The notes beneath the pieces were generated by a model. It did no database searches, was not told the DNA's origin, and was given only the letters and a program-made list of their open reading frames with translations. From NCBI GenBank assembly GCA_951406725.2, contig OX597838.1, positions 23,684,001 to 23,748,000 of the forward strand: a DNA stretch of 64,000 nt, in the 5' to 3' direction. Source of the DNA: Octopus vulgaris. Lineage: Eukaryota. Positions 40,587 through 53,829 of this stretch are shown one piece after another. The position numbers were made by a program, and so were the translations under genes. Position 1 is the stretch's first letter, and each line of letters begins with the position of its first letter.

Positions 40587-41949
40587 TCAGGCATGTGTGT
40601 GTTTGTAATTTTATAAAATATATATATCTATGTCTTGAATGGTATTTAATAGCATGACACAAAGTAACAATAGGGTGACTCATCAATTCCTCACATACAC
40701 ATATATGTCACCTGCCGGTGTGCAGGTGACACGTAAAAAAACATGATTTTTTCATGGCCGTTGCCAGCACCGCCTGACTGGCCCTCATGCTGGTGGCACG
40801 TGAAAGCAACCACTACACTCTCAGAGTGGTTGGCGTTAGGAAGGGCATCCAACTGTAGAAACCATGCCAGATCAAGATTGGAGCCTGGTGCAGCCATCTG
40901 GTTCGCCAGTCCGCAGTCAAATCGTCCAACCCATGCTAGCATGGAAAGCGGACGTTAAACGATGATGATGATGATGACGATCAGACATCGTGCCTATAGT
41001 AGGAAGGAATATTAAGAGTCATTTGTACCAGGGGGTCGACTTTGCCTTTCATTCTTTCAGGGTTGATAAAATAATTACCAGTTGAGTACTGGGGTCGATG
41101 TAATTGATACCCCTCCTCCAAAATTTCAACTCTTGTGCCTATAGTAGAAAGGATTATAATTATTATATAAGATGCAGAAGGAAAGAGTGAGAGAAAGTTG
41201 TGGCGAAAGTGTCAGCAGAAGTCTGCCATTACCTTCTGCCGGAGCCGCGTGGAGCTTAGGTATTTCACTCATAAACACACACATTGCTCGGTCTGAGATT
41301 CGAACCCGTGATCCCTTGACCGCGAGTCCACTGCTCTAACCACTAGGCCATGTACCTCCACTCTATCAAATGTAATGCTTATTTATTCAGTTTTGAATAA
41401 GTCATGCATTATCTCATAGCTTTAAGATTTCAATGATGTGTGTTTATTTTTACAATGACAGTATAGGGTAGGTGTGAGATGCCAGATCTGATTTGAATAT
41501 CAAACAGGTAGAAAATTTTGGCTGGATTTGGTTGGTTTAAATGTTCAAGGGTTATCTTTGAAAATGTCTTGAAGTTTCAAAACTTTGGAGATATTTTAAT
41601 AATTCTCCCTCTCTCTCTCTCTTTTTCTCCTTGGTACAGCCAAACTGAAAGGTTGACCCAAGACACCAACACAAGCACTCACAAAACAGAGCAAAGAAGA
41701 CAGATACTGAGCCATTCTCACACGGCATAAAGTGTGAAATATCTAAGCTGTAAGTCTTGAACTATAGTATACAAGAATTATAGTAGTTTTTTCATGGCCG
41801 TTGCCAGTACCGTAAAACCACCCACTACACTCTCGGAGTGGTTGGCATTAGGAAGGGCATCCAGCTGTAGAAACCTTGCCAGATCAAGATTGGAACCTGG
41901 TGCAGCCATCTGGTTCGCCAGTCCTCAGTAAAGAATTTGTACTTGAAAT

Positions 41950-42215
41950 GTGCTTGCTTGCTTATTTGCTTCTTGCTTCATGCTCTTACTTGATTGGGCT
42001 GGGGTCATCCCGAGTCAGTGGTCCCAGATATGTCATCATGTGTAGAGCCAACCAAGACTACCAGTGCTCTCTCTTGCTGGCAGTCCTGTGCCAGCCTCTC
42101 TGCATTCTCCAAAGTGACATCAAGGTTCTGGAGATCTTGCTTAATCCCGTCCAGTCATCTGGTGTGGAGCCTGCCACAAGGCCTTTTCAAGAGGATAACC
42201 CTGGTAGCATGATCT
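41950..42215 (-). mobile_element. RTE-like LINE 3' fragment
   Basis: KRPCGRLHTR..DGIKQDLQNLDVTLENAERLAQD (with frameshift), followed by CAAG-type short repeat tail. Confidence 0.6.
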
Positions 42216-45040
42216 AGCGGGAGACAGAGGACATGTCTGTACAAGCGTATGCAGCGGATAGCTTTAAGGTGGGATGTGCGTTGGATTTTTTTGAAAGGAT
42301 CCAAACAGTGGGACGTACAGGACATTGCACGAAATAAATTTTCCCACCTGAAGAGATTGATAGTTAATTCCTCTGAAATTTTTCCAGAGCAGTATAAAAA
42401 GCCCCATAGTGCTTATTTGGGAAAGAGGGAGGAGATTGGTGAGTAAATAGCTTGATATTTCGGCGTTTCAATCTTATCAGACATCATCAGCTAAGAATTT
42501 TAACTGATATACATCGAAAGAGAATGAGAGAGAGATAAAAAGAGGGAGTGGTGGGGAAACACCATGATATTTAGATAATAAAAAAATTGATAAAAGACAA
42601 AGAGAGAGGGAGGGGGAGAAGAGAGAGAGAGAGAAGAAAATATGGAAGACCAAAGGCGTGTATAAGCAAACAGAGAAAGGGAGAAAACGAAAGAGCGAGG
42701 GTAAAAGAAACAGGAAAAATAAAAGCAACAAAAGTAACGACATATATAAAATTACATTATCATTTAAGTCACAGTTGTGTTTTGAATTGTCTGACTTCAT
42801 TCAGTCGTTTGCTAAACTTTTACAAGAAGAAAAACATTCTCGATGTATCAGCGCAATTTTTATTTGTGTTATTGTAAAAAGTAGCGACACTTCCACAATA
42901 AAATCAATATCTATACTTTCATAACAAAACTTTTTTTACTATTTAAAGCTTCAATGCGCTGTGGAATTTGTTTCCTCATAAGTTTCAGAAAACATGAAGA
43001 AATATTCTACAAATACCTTTTAGATTGTGTAGATATACCTACATATATATGTGTGTGTGTGTGTGTATTCCTATAGAAAAGAGTAAGAACTACCTAGCGC
43101 CAAATACCTTAAATTTCCAGATTGTACGCCTTAAGCACCGTGACGACCCTAAAAAGAGGAAAAAAATTTGGAGCAGGGATAACTCCACCCCCATGTACCT
43201 TTTCCTCTTTTTAGGATCTTAATCCACGATGCGTAAAGCATACACATCCCAAAAATTAAGATTTGGAGCACGCGACTGTTATATAAGAATGCCCAACCCA
43301 CCACACATATATATGTATACACACACACACATATATATATACATACACATATATATATATATACAAGCTTACATATGTATGTATTGATATACACGTATAT
43401 AAACATACACATATATAAACATATATATATACCCACATATATATATATATATATACATACATACATACTGTATACACATTCACAGATTATATATAAATCA
43501 AAGCTATTTAAACAATAGACGAAATCAAATCAAGTCTTGTCATGCGTTGAAGGCAAAAGTCACACCTGAGACTGGTGTTATATAACACATCTAGAAACCC
43601 ACTTAAGTTGCGCTTGAAAACATTTCGACTCATTTTAAGCTGTATGACAACTAACAATATCCACACAATTTAAAGCACATTTGAATTTACCCCCACTTGA
43701 AACAATTACACGCTCATAAACTCGAAGACGCTCACAAATCTGAGGATTTTCTTTTAAACGTGTGTTACTTTTTGACTTGCCGCAGTTGATTTATAACTGC
43801 ATATAAATGTCGCGTATTAAAATAAATGTTTTTTTTTTTGGCAGGCAGTTAATAGTTTACGTTGAACTGGGTGGGTGTCTTATTAAAGACCGAATTCTCT
43901 TTTTTTATGATAGTAAAACAAACAGAAGGAAATAGTGGGCGGAGAACGAGGTGCTGACGGACGGACGAAGTTAACAACACAAGTGGTATGTAGCGCGAGT
44001 TTGGTTGCTAAATAGCAAGAATTCTGTCGAGAAAACAGCGAAATACCAAAGAGAAAGAAAGCATTAAAGAGTTGTGTTTGAACGAAACACTAGGGAAACC
44101 CATCGAGAAGATATTAAGAATTTTTATCATTTTTTTTTTTTGTGTTTTGTTTTGTCTTCTTCATGAGGAATTAAAAATTATATTAAAACAGAGAAATAAA
44201 AATAAAAATAATAATAATAATAACAGAGAAGACTGTGGAGGAAATATGTCAAATATATACATGGAAATTCCGTCATTTATTAAATACAGAGTTGAGAAAC
44301 TTCGATTAAACGAGATTAATTTCAGCTAATCGAAGTTTCTGGATTTAATGTATTAAGATATATGAAACCCTACAACAAAAACAGAGGTGAAGTTGCCGAA
44401 TATATGCACAAACAACGACCTCTATTACAAAACAAGGGACCACATAAAAACGAGCAGCTACATTCTTCTAATTTACATATGAACGATCAGTGTACGTAAG
44501 TGACTACTATGCTTAATTAAACAGAGTTAATTACCATTTTATGATATATTTTATAAACATAAAACAGTACAACATAGAATTTTCGTAATATTCAGGGTGG
44601 ATTCCACACGTGTAGTTGGAACTAGTACTTAATGAGCTAATGATTAAGCCAGTGATAACTAAGGCTAATTAAGCCGATTTAATTACCGTTTTATAGTAAA
44701 TTTTATAAACAATAAAAGCACCAGAGTTTAGAAATTTTGGAGTCATTCGAGGATTCCAGCATGTAGTTTTAATATGGTCCCTTCTGTTATGTAAAGGAGG
44801 TTATTGTTTACGTCGATAAACTCGACAAGTTTACTGATACAGATCAGATACATACAGTTATTATCGATGAAGATAAGAAAAGAGAGAGAGAAAGAGATCG
44901 ATAAAAGATAGACGATTATGGAAACTCAGGAAAGTGCAACATTGCTTGACTTCATTTAATGATTTTCCGCGTGAAGTTTGTATATAGTTAAGTGTGACTG
45001 GCAAAAAGTTTAAAAACAAATCATTCTAGTCGGGACTTAC

Positions 45041-45282
45041 CTCGTTAAACAGCAAACAGAAACGATAGCGGCGTGAGTAAACGAAATAAACACATTTTTC
45101 CATCGCCAGTGCAGTTTTGGGTTGTTAAGAAAAGATGATGTCTTTAGGTAGCGGTCCACAATGAAAGCTGTAATTTGGAAAAATAAAAATGATACTGTGG
45201 TTATTATGATTCCGGTTGCTGCTGTGGAATCAGGCAGTGGCCATTCATCTCTATCAACATATTGCTCGCGCGATGTCTCCAT
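45041..45282 (-). CDS. TLC domain-containing protein (TLCD1/TLCD2-like), coding exon 1 of 5
   Basis: ATG at 45282; METSREQ...hydrophobic helix...HWRWKNVFISFTHAAIVSVCCLT, resembling the W-R-W-x-N...S-x-x-H motif at the start of the TLCD1/2 TLC domain; donor AG|GTAAGT at 45040; 242 nt, phase 2. Confidence 0.92.
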
Positions 45283-45724
45283 TGTTTTATACTGTCACAA
45301 CAGGTGATAGTCGCGAAATGAAGTAAGGCGGCAAACCCAAAAGGAGAAGAAAAAAAACCAATGACCGAACGAAACAGACCGAATGTTATAAATGAGATAT
45401 GGAGAAGAAAATCTTCGGATTTGCGAACTTGTTGACTACGGAGAAGATGTATGTTTTGTTTCGTTTTTCTCTGGGACGTTTGTGATTTCCTCAAATAAAA
45501 AAAAAAGAAAGAAAAAGGAGCAGGGAACGAGAGACCATCCACACTCTCTCCTAATGATAGAGTTGGTGCTAAGTGACCAACTTTCTATTGCCGCTGCTGC
45601 TGCTTGATGTCAGGATCAGATACTTAATGACACACAGCACACAACCACGTCCACACACACAAATACATAACGTACACGCCCACATACACACGCATAAAAT
45701 CTGTGTGCATTATATACGCACATT

Positions 45725-45757
<33 letters not shown>

Positions 45758-46450
45758 CCGCCCCCACCAAACTCACTTATACAAGCTATCACAATACACA
45801 TCTATTCATAGTCACACACATACACCACACACACACATGTAGATACTGTTAGGCACATACAGCTCTCTCTCGCTTTCTTTCTTTCTTTCTTTCTTTCTCT
45901 CTCGCTTTCTTTCTTTCTTTCTTTCTCTCTCTCTCTATATATATGTATACGTATATATATGTATATATAGGTATGTATGTGCATACACGCATACACAAAT
46001 ACAAACAGATATTCAGCTAGATATATAGAAGGTAGATAGATAGGTAGGTAGGTAAAAGCCCGCCCACAGATCTACACACACAAACATAAATATATTCACA
46101 AACTCGAGCATATATGGAAGGAAATCAATCATCCAGAAGAGTCGAACTATTTTGAATTTCAATAAGTATCGATTGCTATAGTTTTATGTTATTTCCATAC
46201 ACAAACTTATTTGAATTTTTTTCATTTAAGATCTTGCAAAACCTGCAGCGCGATTAAGCTGTGCGGTCTAGTTTAATAAGAGGAAAAGAAAGAGGAGTAG
46301 AAAGATTTTGTTGACGACTACTAGGTCTTGTTGTAAGGGGTGGGCGAGCAATTGAACTTTTATCATCGCAAAACGAAGACAGATCTTGGAAAAGCAGGGA
46401 GAGCCATTATAGGATCACGCGCAAATCTCCCCACCTCCGCCAAAAAAAAA
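45283..46450 (-). promoter_or_regulatory. Probable 5' UTR and promoter of the TLC-domain gene
   Basis: CpG-retaining, SINE-free segment upstream of the ATG; GC-box-like GCCCGCCC at about 45757 and 46058; transcription start not locatable. Confidence 0.4.
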
Positions 46451-47130
46451 AAAAAACGCAGTTGTAAGAGTTAACCCTTTTGTTACTATATTTCCATTGA
46501 AATAATTATTAATACACAGCCTTTGCTTCAATTAATTTTGAAAATGTTGAAGAATCTTCATAAAATAACGTTATCAATTATTAAGCAAACGTTTGGAACA
46601 TGCATTAAAATGAATAGATCACTTTAAAAGAATGGAAGTTTATGTCAAAGAACCAGGAACAGGCGTAAAGCGGGGTCGGCGTCAAAAGGAAATTGGTGAA
46701 ATAAACAACCGCTTTCCTTAGGCACAACAAGATTGAAGGCGAAAAGCATGCTCCAGAAAAGGGGTCAGTGTGTGACCTAGTTAGATTCATTCAATAGTGA
46801 CGTTACAGAAAGATATCGTGTGCTGAGAGTTGATATGTTTAATTAAGCGAGCTCCAGACCAGCACTGGTTCAAACAAAGCTCACCAATGATCAAAGATAT
46901 CACGATGTTCCAGCTGTGACTGTCCCGCCTTTTTGCCATTTTTTTTTTCTTTTTTCTCTCTATTTTTGTAAATGTATCTTTGGTTACATTGTCCACCTTG
47001 TCCTTTCTGTCTTTTTCTTTTTTTTTTTTTTGAGACTGTAGTATATCGTTTAAGGGAACCTGAAGATTTTTAGCAAATCCAGTGATCACGCAAAAACAGA
47101 AACTCCTTGTATCGAATTAGGTTCGAGATA

Positions 47131-47165
<35 letters not shown>

Positions 47166-49425
47166 AGATGTGTGTGAGTGTGAATGTATAGATGAGATGT
47201 AAGTATATGGCATGTGTAGATGTATGTGTGAATGCCTGAGTGTATAATGTGCATAAATGTATGTGTGTATGTGTATATTGTGTCTATATGAGTAGATGTG
47301 TGTGAATGTATATATGTGTGCGTGAGTGTAAAGTGCGCATAAGTGTATGTGTATATTCTATGGGAAAATGTATATATATATATATGCGTAAATGTATGTG
47401 TGTAAGCAAAAATGTGTGATTATGTGTAGAAGTGTGTGTGTAAGAATAAATGTGCATTCGTATATAAATGCATGTGTGTGAATATAAATGTAGTTGCGTG
47501 AGTGTATATGTGTGAATATATAATATATATTTATGTACATACGTACATGTTTGGTTGTGTTTATATGTGAAGATACGTGTTTATATAAGAGTATGACTAG
47601 GTGTGTGTGTATGTGTATGTGTGCAGATGCGTTTGCGTATGTGACTTTAAAGTATGTATAGGTTTGTTTATGAATGCAAATCTATGTATAAACCTCCACA
47701 CGAACCCTTATTTTTCACTTGCGCTCTAAGTTTCCCTTTATTTCCACTTTTAATTCTTTACCCGTCTTGTCTATCACATGTGACACAGGACTTGTTCTCC
47801 TACTGTCCATGTATCATATGATACACTTTCCCAGTTATTTTTTTCAAACACCAGAGTGACTTTGGACTTAATATATATATGGATCCCGGTTTTTCTCAAC
47901 CTGGGTCCATATAAGATTTTGCTGTTAAAATTTATCTTCAATAAATTAAATAAATTAATTATACTTGTACAATACACAAAATATTTTAACAATTTTTCAT
48001 ACAATTCCTAATAATATTTAAATATATGAAATATAACTCGAGTTTTTTTTTAAACAACGAATATCCAGGAGCGTACATAAAAAAAAAAAAATGATTAAGA
48101 CACACTGCTTCATAATTCATAACAAGGGCGTTTAGAACAAACTTATGAAAATGTTTCGAAGAGGTGAAAGGTTAAAGTTCATTGTCAGAATATGTGAAGA
48201 AATATTAAGATTAAGATTAAATATTAATACACGCCAAAGGGAATTATAGAGGTCAGTTAAAAGAGGATTTAAAATGTGCGGCGGGTTGCGATGAGATAGG
48301 AGCGATAGAGCGCCTAATAACAAGCAAAAAAAGAAAAAAAATACCTCAGAGTCGCGGAAACATAACATTAGAGAAGATGGAATGGAAAAAGATATGATAG
48401 ATTCTTCATGACTAAGGAAGACGACGAGGATCATCAAAGGAAGAATACCGGCAAAGAAGCATTTGTGGAAATGTGAAGAAAGAGTGGGGGGAAAGAGAGG
48501 AGGGTACATGTATAAGTAAATAAACACTGACACATGTACACACGCACGCGCGACAGCTTCTTTCGGTTTTCCGTCTACCAAATCCACTCACAAGAGTGGT
48601 CAGCCCGGGGGGAAAATTCCTGGTTTTGGATAAAAGAAAATTCCTGGTTTTGGGTGAAAGAAAATACAGGAGGATCAGTTATGATTTTATTCAACAAATT
48701 CTCCTCTCAGATTGACACACTTATTGCAACAGTCCTTCAGTTTTTCTAAGCCCTGTAAAAGAACCTGGGGTGTGTGTGTGTGTGTGTGTGTATGCGCGCG
48801 CGCGTGTGTGTGTGCGTTTATGTGTTTCTTCCCCTGCCATCACTTGACAACTGATGCTGGTGTGTTTGTCCCTGTATCTTAGCGGTTCGGCAAAAGAGAC
48901 CAATAGGATAAGTACTAGGCTTTCAAGGAAGAAATCCTGGGGTCAATTTCCACTAAGACCCTTTAAGGTGGTAGCATGGCCACAGTCAAATGACTGAACT
49001 GAAACAATTTAAAAAATAAAAGAATATATATATGGATTATTTCTGTTTGGCTGCCATTTTTCAATTTCTTCAATTTTTGTTCCAATTGATTTCATATTTG
49101 GTGTTTTGGTGTAGTTTTGTATGGTAATCATTGACATGAAATTCATATGCATCAGCTTTTGACTAAAAGTACTATATGTTTTGGCATGTTAACAACAGGT
49201 CTGCTAGTATAATTTCTTGAGGACACATCATTTCAGACCCTATCAGGGTTAAACGCGCATACATAACTACAACAACCATTAACAACAGACGCATTGTACA
49301 ATGCTCATTTAACAATATAAAACTGTGCATGCCACAACTCCCCCATTCCATATCTGTACAAGTCAGACTTAATCCCATCCCTCCCTCCCTCCAAAATTTC
49401 AGGCCTTGTGCTCACAGTAGAAAGG

Positions 49426-49468
49426 ATTATTATTGTTATTATTATTATCATTATTATTATTATTATTA

Positions 49469-49516
<48 letters not shown>
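49426..49516. repeat. (ATT)n tract, SINE A tail expansion
   Basis: Follows GTAGAAAGGATT tail motif. Confidence 0.85.
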
Positions 49517-49517
<1 letters not shown>

Positions 49518-49715
49518 GGTGGTTAGCTCATTGGACAAAGGGCTTTGCAACATTTCATCTGTTTTTATGTTTAGAGTTCAAATTCTGCTGGGGTTAACTT
49601 TACCTTTTATCCTTTTAGGGTCAATAAATTAAGTATCAGTCAAGCACTGAGGTTGATGTAATTGACTAGCACCGCCTTCCACCAAATTTCAGGCTTTGTG
49701 CCCATAGTAGAAAGA

Positions 49716-49756
<41 letters not shown>

Positions 49757-51240
49757 TCTTTTACTCTTTTACTTATTTCAGGCATTTGACTGTGGCCATG
49801 CTGGAACACTGCCTTTAGTCGAGTAAATCGACCCCAGGACTTATTCTTTAGAAGCCTAATACTTATTCCATCGGTCTCTTTTTCCCGAACTGCTAAGTTA
49901 CGGGGACGTAAACACACCATCATTGGTTGTCAAGCAATGTTGGGGGGACAAACATAAACACATACACACACATACATATAAATATATATACATATATACG
50001 ACGGGCTTCTTTCAGTTTCCGTCTACCAAATCCACTCTTAAGGCTTTGGTTGGCCCAAGGCTATAGTAGAAGACACTTGCCCAAGGTGCCATGCAGTGGG
50101 ATTGAACCTGGAACCATGTGGTTCGTAAGCAAGCTACTTACTACACAGTCATTCCTGCGCCTATTTATTATCATCATCAGTAGTAGTAGTAGTAGTGGTG
50201 GTGGTGGTGGTGGTAGTAGTAGTAGTAGTATTACTAGTCCTTATCAGTCAGTATGCTGGCGGGTAACAACCTAGTCAAGATGAAATAGATCCTTCAGCAG
50301 AAACCTACAACAATGATCCTATTGATATGCTCAACAACTTGTCATTATAGTGAAAGTCTTTTTTAAAGTCTGTGTTACATTGCCTATGTGTTGAAACACA
50401 TACACACACAAACAACCAAAAGGATACACACACAAACAACCAAAAGGATAACTATATGTACTATATATTTACACACACACATACATACATATACACATAT
50501 AGCTATCTTTTTAAAGTCTGTGTTGCATTGTGTTGACAGATTTGCACTTAAAATTCTCATGTTTTTAATTGAAACTTGTTAGTTACTATAGTGACTACAC
50601 TATCTATCTATCTTTCACTGTCTCTCTCTCTCTCTTTTACTGTATTTCTGTCTCAACAACTTTTTCTTCACCCCCTTCTTCTAAATGTACGCTGTAACAG
50701 GAATTTTCTCTTTTTTAATCCACCCCTTCTTCCCACCCTCTAACAGATGTTGTCACAGAAGGCAGATAGGGTTCAGCTTCTCTTTTATAATATAAGATTA
50801 TCATTATTATCGTTAAGATAGCGAGCTGGCAGAATTGTTATCACACAGAGCAAAAAGCTTAGTAGCACTTTGTCTTTACGTTCTGAGTCTCAGTTCCTCC
50901 AAAGTCCACTTTGCCTTTCATCTTTTTGAGATCAATAAAATAAGTACCAGTTGAATACAGGGGTCAATGCAATCAACTTAATCAAAAGGCAGTGAACTAG
51001 CAAAATTATTTGCATGCTGGATAAAATAATTGGTGGAATTTCTTTTGCTTTATGTTCTTTTTTCAAATTCTGACAAGGTCAACTTTGCCATTCATCATTT
51101 TTGGTGTCGATAAAATAAGTACCAGTTGAGCACTGAAGATGATATAACTGATTATCCCCCGTCTACAAAATTTGATGCCTTCTGCCTGTAGTAGAAAGGA
51201 TTATTATTATTATTATTATGTCATTATCCAACACAACTGT

Positions 51241-51775
51241 TATTTCTAGCTGGCTGATTGACCACATAGAGGCTTCCTCTTTGATGAGATCTTTTAGTTA
51301 ATGGCAAGTCCTGGAGGAAAGGGCTGCATGCATTATCCACTACACTACTTTCTAAAATGTTATGGTGTAATTTGAGAAAAGATGGCTATTATTTCTAGCA
51401 GGTTGATCGACCACATAGAGGCTTCTTCTTTGATGAGATCTTTTGGTTAATGATGTGTTTGGAAGGAAGGGGCTGCATGCATTATCCAATACATTACTTT
51501 CTAAGATATTAGGGTGTGATTTGAAAAAAGTTGGCTGCTATTTCTAGCAGGTTGATCGACCACATAGAGGTTTCCTCTTTGATGAGATCTTTTGGTTAAT
51601 GGCATGTCTTGGCGGAAGGGACTGCATGTATTATCCAACACACTACTTTCTAAAAAGTTATGGTGTGATTTGAGAAAAGTTGGCTGCTATTTCTAGCAGG
51701 CTGATCGACCACACAGAGGCTTCCCCGTTGATGAGATGTTTTTTTTGTTAATGATATGTTCTGGAGGAAGAAGTT
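51241..51775 (+). repeat. Tandem repeat, ~149-bp unit x ~3.6
   Basis: TATTTCTAGC...GACCACATAGAGGCTTC recurs at 51241, 51390, 51539 and 51688. Confidence 0.85.
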
Positions 51776-52046
51776 GTATACATGCATGGCCTTCACATGA
51801 TCTCTATCTCAATGACACTGATACTTTTGATGGTTGCACGATTAGGAAATTTATATCTCAATCCGATGGTTTTGGCTTAAGTCCCACTGCATGGCATCTT
51901 GGGTAAGCATCTTCTACTGTATTGCTGAGCCAACCAATTGTAAAATTGCCCAAGCATTTCAAAATCAAGTTGTTCATTGCAACTGTTGAATCAGTTAAAC
52001 ATGGACACTAAGAAAGAAATTATCAAATGGGCTAACTGGATGCTAC

Positions 52047-52560
52047 ACAATAACTCTGAGCACCTTTTCAAACTCCACCTGTCTAACACCCATGGACATG
52101 TTTACAAAATCAGAAAACAGCACAGCTCTTACTAACAATAACTCTGAGCACCTTTTCAAACTCCACCTGTCTAACACCCATGGACATGTTTACAAAATCA
52201 GAAAACAGCACAGCTCTAACTAACAATAACTCTGAGCACCTTTTCAAACTCTACCTGTCTAACCACTTGTAGACATGTTTACAAACTCAGAAAACAGCAC
52301 AGCAGTAAAGAAATCCCATGACTTTCGGAAATATTATTTCATGCTAAGAGTTGCTGAAGCATGGAACAAACTGCCGGCATCAGTTGTTAGTTGCTGGAGC
52401 ACTGCATCCTTCAAAACTTCCATGCTTCCTGAGATTCACCAACACTACACCTGATTTTCTCCCCTCCATACACACGCAAGTATCTATCTGACTCATACAC
52501 TGTCCACTTCCCAGACATTTGTACATTACTGCAGATGCTTTATACGCACTTTTGACAATC
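52047..52560 (+). mobile_element. CR1-type LINE 3' end with an 88-bp segment triplicated
   Basis: NTHGHVYKIRKQHS then SHDFRKYYFMLRVAEAWNKLPASVVSCWSTASFKTSMLPEIHQHYT* (52314-52454); 3' UTR recurs at 53550-53697 with (ATT)n tail. Confidence 0.8.
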
Positions 52561-52736
52561 AGCTCCTGATTTGTCATCGGGGTTTACTTCAAAAGCCTTT
52601 CAAAGTTAAGTGGCTATGTCCATATGACAGAAGTTTTTGAACAAGAATTCATCTCAGAAACTAAAAAGCCTTTCACAGCTAGTGAGTTTCATCCAACCAG
52701 AGCACAGGTTTTTTGACGCTAGAAATCACCTTCGTT

Positions 52737-53036
52737 AAGGCAGTGAGCTGGCAGAAACGTTAGCACGCCAGGCGAAATGCGTAGCCGTATTTCGCCTGCC
52801 GCTACATTCTGAGTTAAAATTTGTTTAGCTCCTTGTGGGTAGTAAAGAAATAAGTATTTCGTCTGCCGCTGCGTTCTGACTTCAAATTCCGCCGAGGTCG
52901 ACTTTGCCTTTCATCCTTTCGGGGTCGATTAAATAAGTACCAGTTACGCACTGAGATTGATATAATCGACTTAATCTGTTTGTCTGTCCTTGTTTGTCCC
53001 ATCCATGTTTAGCCCCTTGTGGGCAATAAAGAGATA
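52737..53036 (+). mobile_element. SINE family A (internally rearranged)
   Basis: 16-bp TSD AGAAATCACCTTCGTT at 52721 and 53037. Confidence 0.85.
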
Positions 53037-53738
53037 AGAAATCACCTTCGTTGACATCTCGTGTTAGAAGAAATATTTCCTCTAGTCTTAGAGGCCAAGC
53101 AGTATAATAATGAGGCTGGGAGTAGAGTTGGTTGTCAAAGGCTGTTTGAAACGTAAATCATGTAGCATTCGTCTGCTCCACAACTATCTGTCCTCAGCTT
53201 GTCAAACATGAAACGTACTCTTTTCCCAGGTATTCCACTTAATATACGTCAATTTTCAGTTCCTTTCTCAGCTTTATCTTAATTAAATATAATTCGGAAT
53301 TTTATCTTATTGAAATATAATTCACTTTTCTTCGTAACTTTACTTTAAAGGGTGCTCGCGAAGGAGGGGAGGCAACTTCCATATGCATTTCTTGTTGCCT
53401 AACTCCTGTATTGTAACCACGAGAACATTAGAACCCATTTACTTGTTTATTCAATTCTAACTAAATCTAAAAGTTACAAAAATAAAGTTAAATAGCTGCA
53501 AAAACTATTAGTGAGATGGATTAACAGATATAACACTAGAGTGCAGCATTACACTTGATTTTCTCCCCTCCATACACACACAAGCATGTTCACTTTCCAG
53601 ACATTTCTACATTACTGCATGTACTTTATATGCACTTTCTGACAAGTTGTGGTGCACCTGAGCACTGTATACAATAATTTCATTATTATTATTATTAAAA
53701 TGTGTTGTGCTCATACACGCTGAGAATATAGTCTATGC

Positions 53739-53829
53739 CCGTGGTTTCCAAATGGAGTACATATGAGGTTCCATCCGAGTAAAATAGGAATTAGGAGGTC
53801 CACAGGTAATTAATATTTAAGAACCCATG
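53739..53829. mobile_element. Small hAT-like MITE (related, larger candidate at about 47885-48108)
   Basis: 8-bp TSD GTCTATGC at 53731-53738 and 53830-53837; degenerate CAGTGG-type termini. Confidence 0.5.

Noticed and set aside
42446-42495. Minus-strand CTGATGA...GAAA hammerhead candidate
   Set aside because: Helix I and II pairing is inconsistent; at best a decayed relic
45204-45607. ORFs overlapping the 5' region of the TLC gene
   Set aside because: No recognisable protein features; probably UTR or promoter sequence
51241-52305. Regularly spaced repeats suggesting a CRISPR-like array
   Set aside because: Whole units are duplicated with no unique spacers; eukaryotic context
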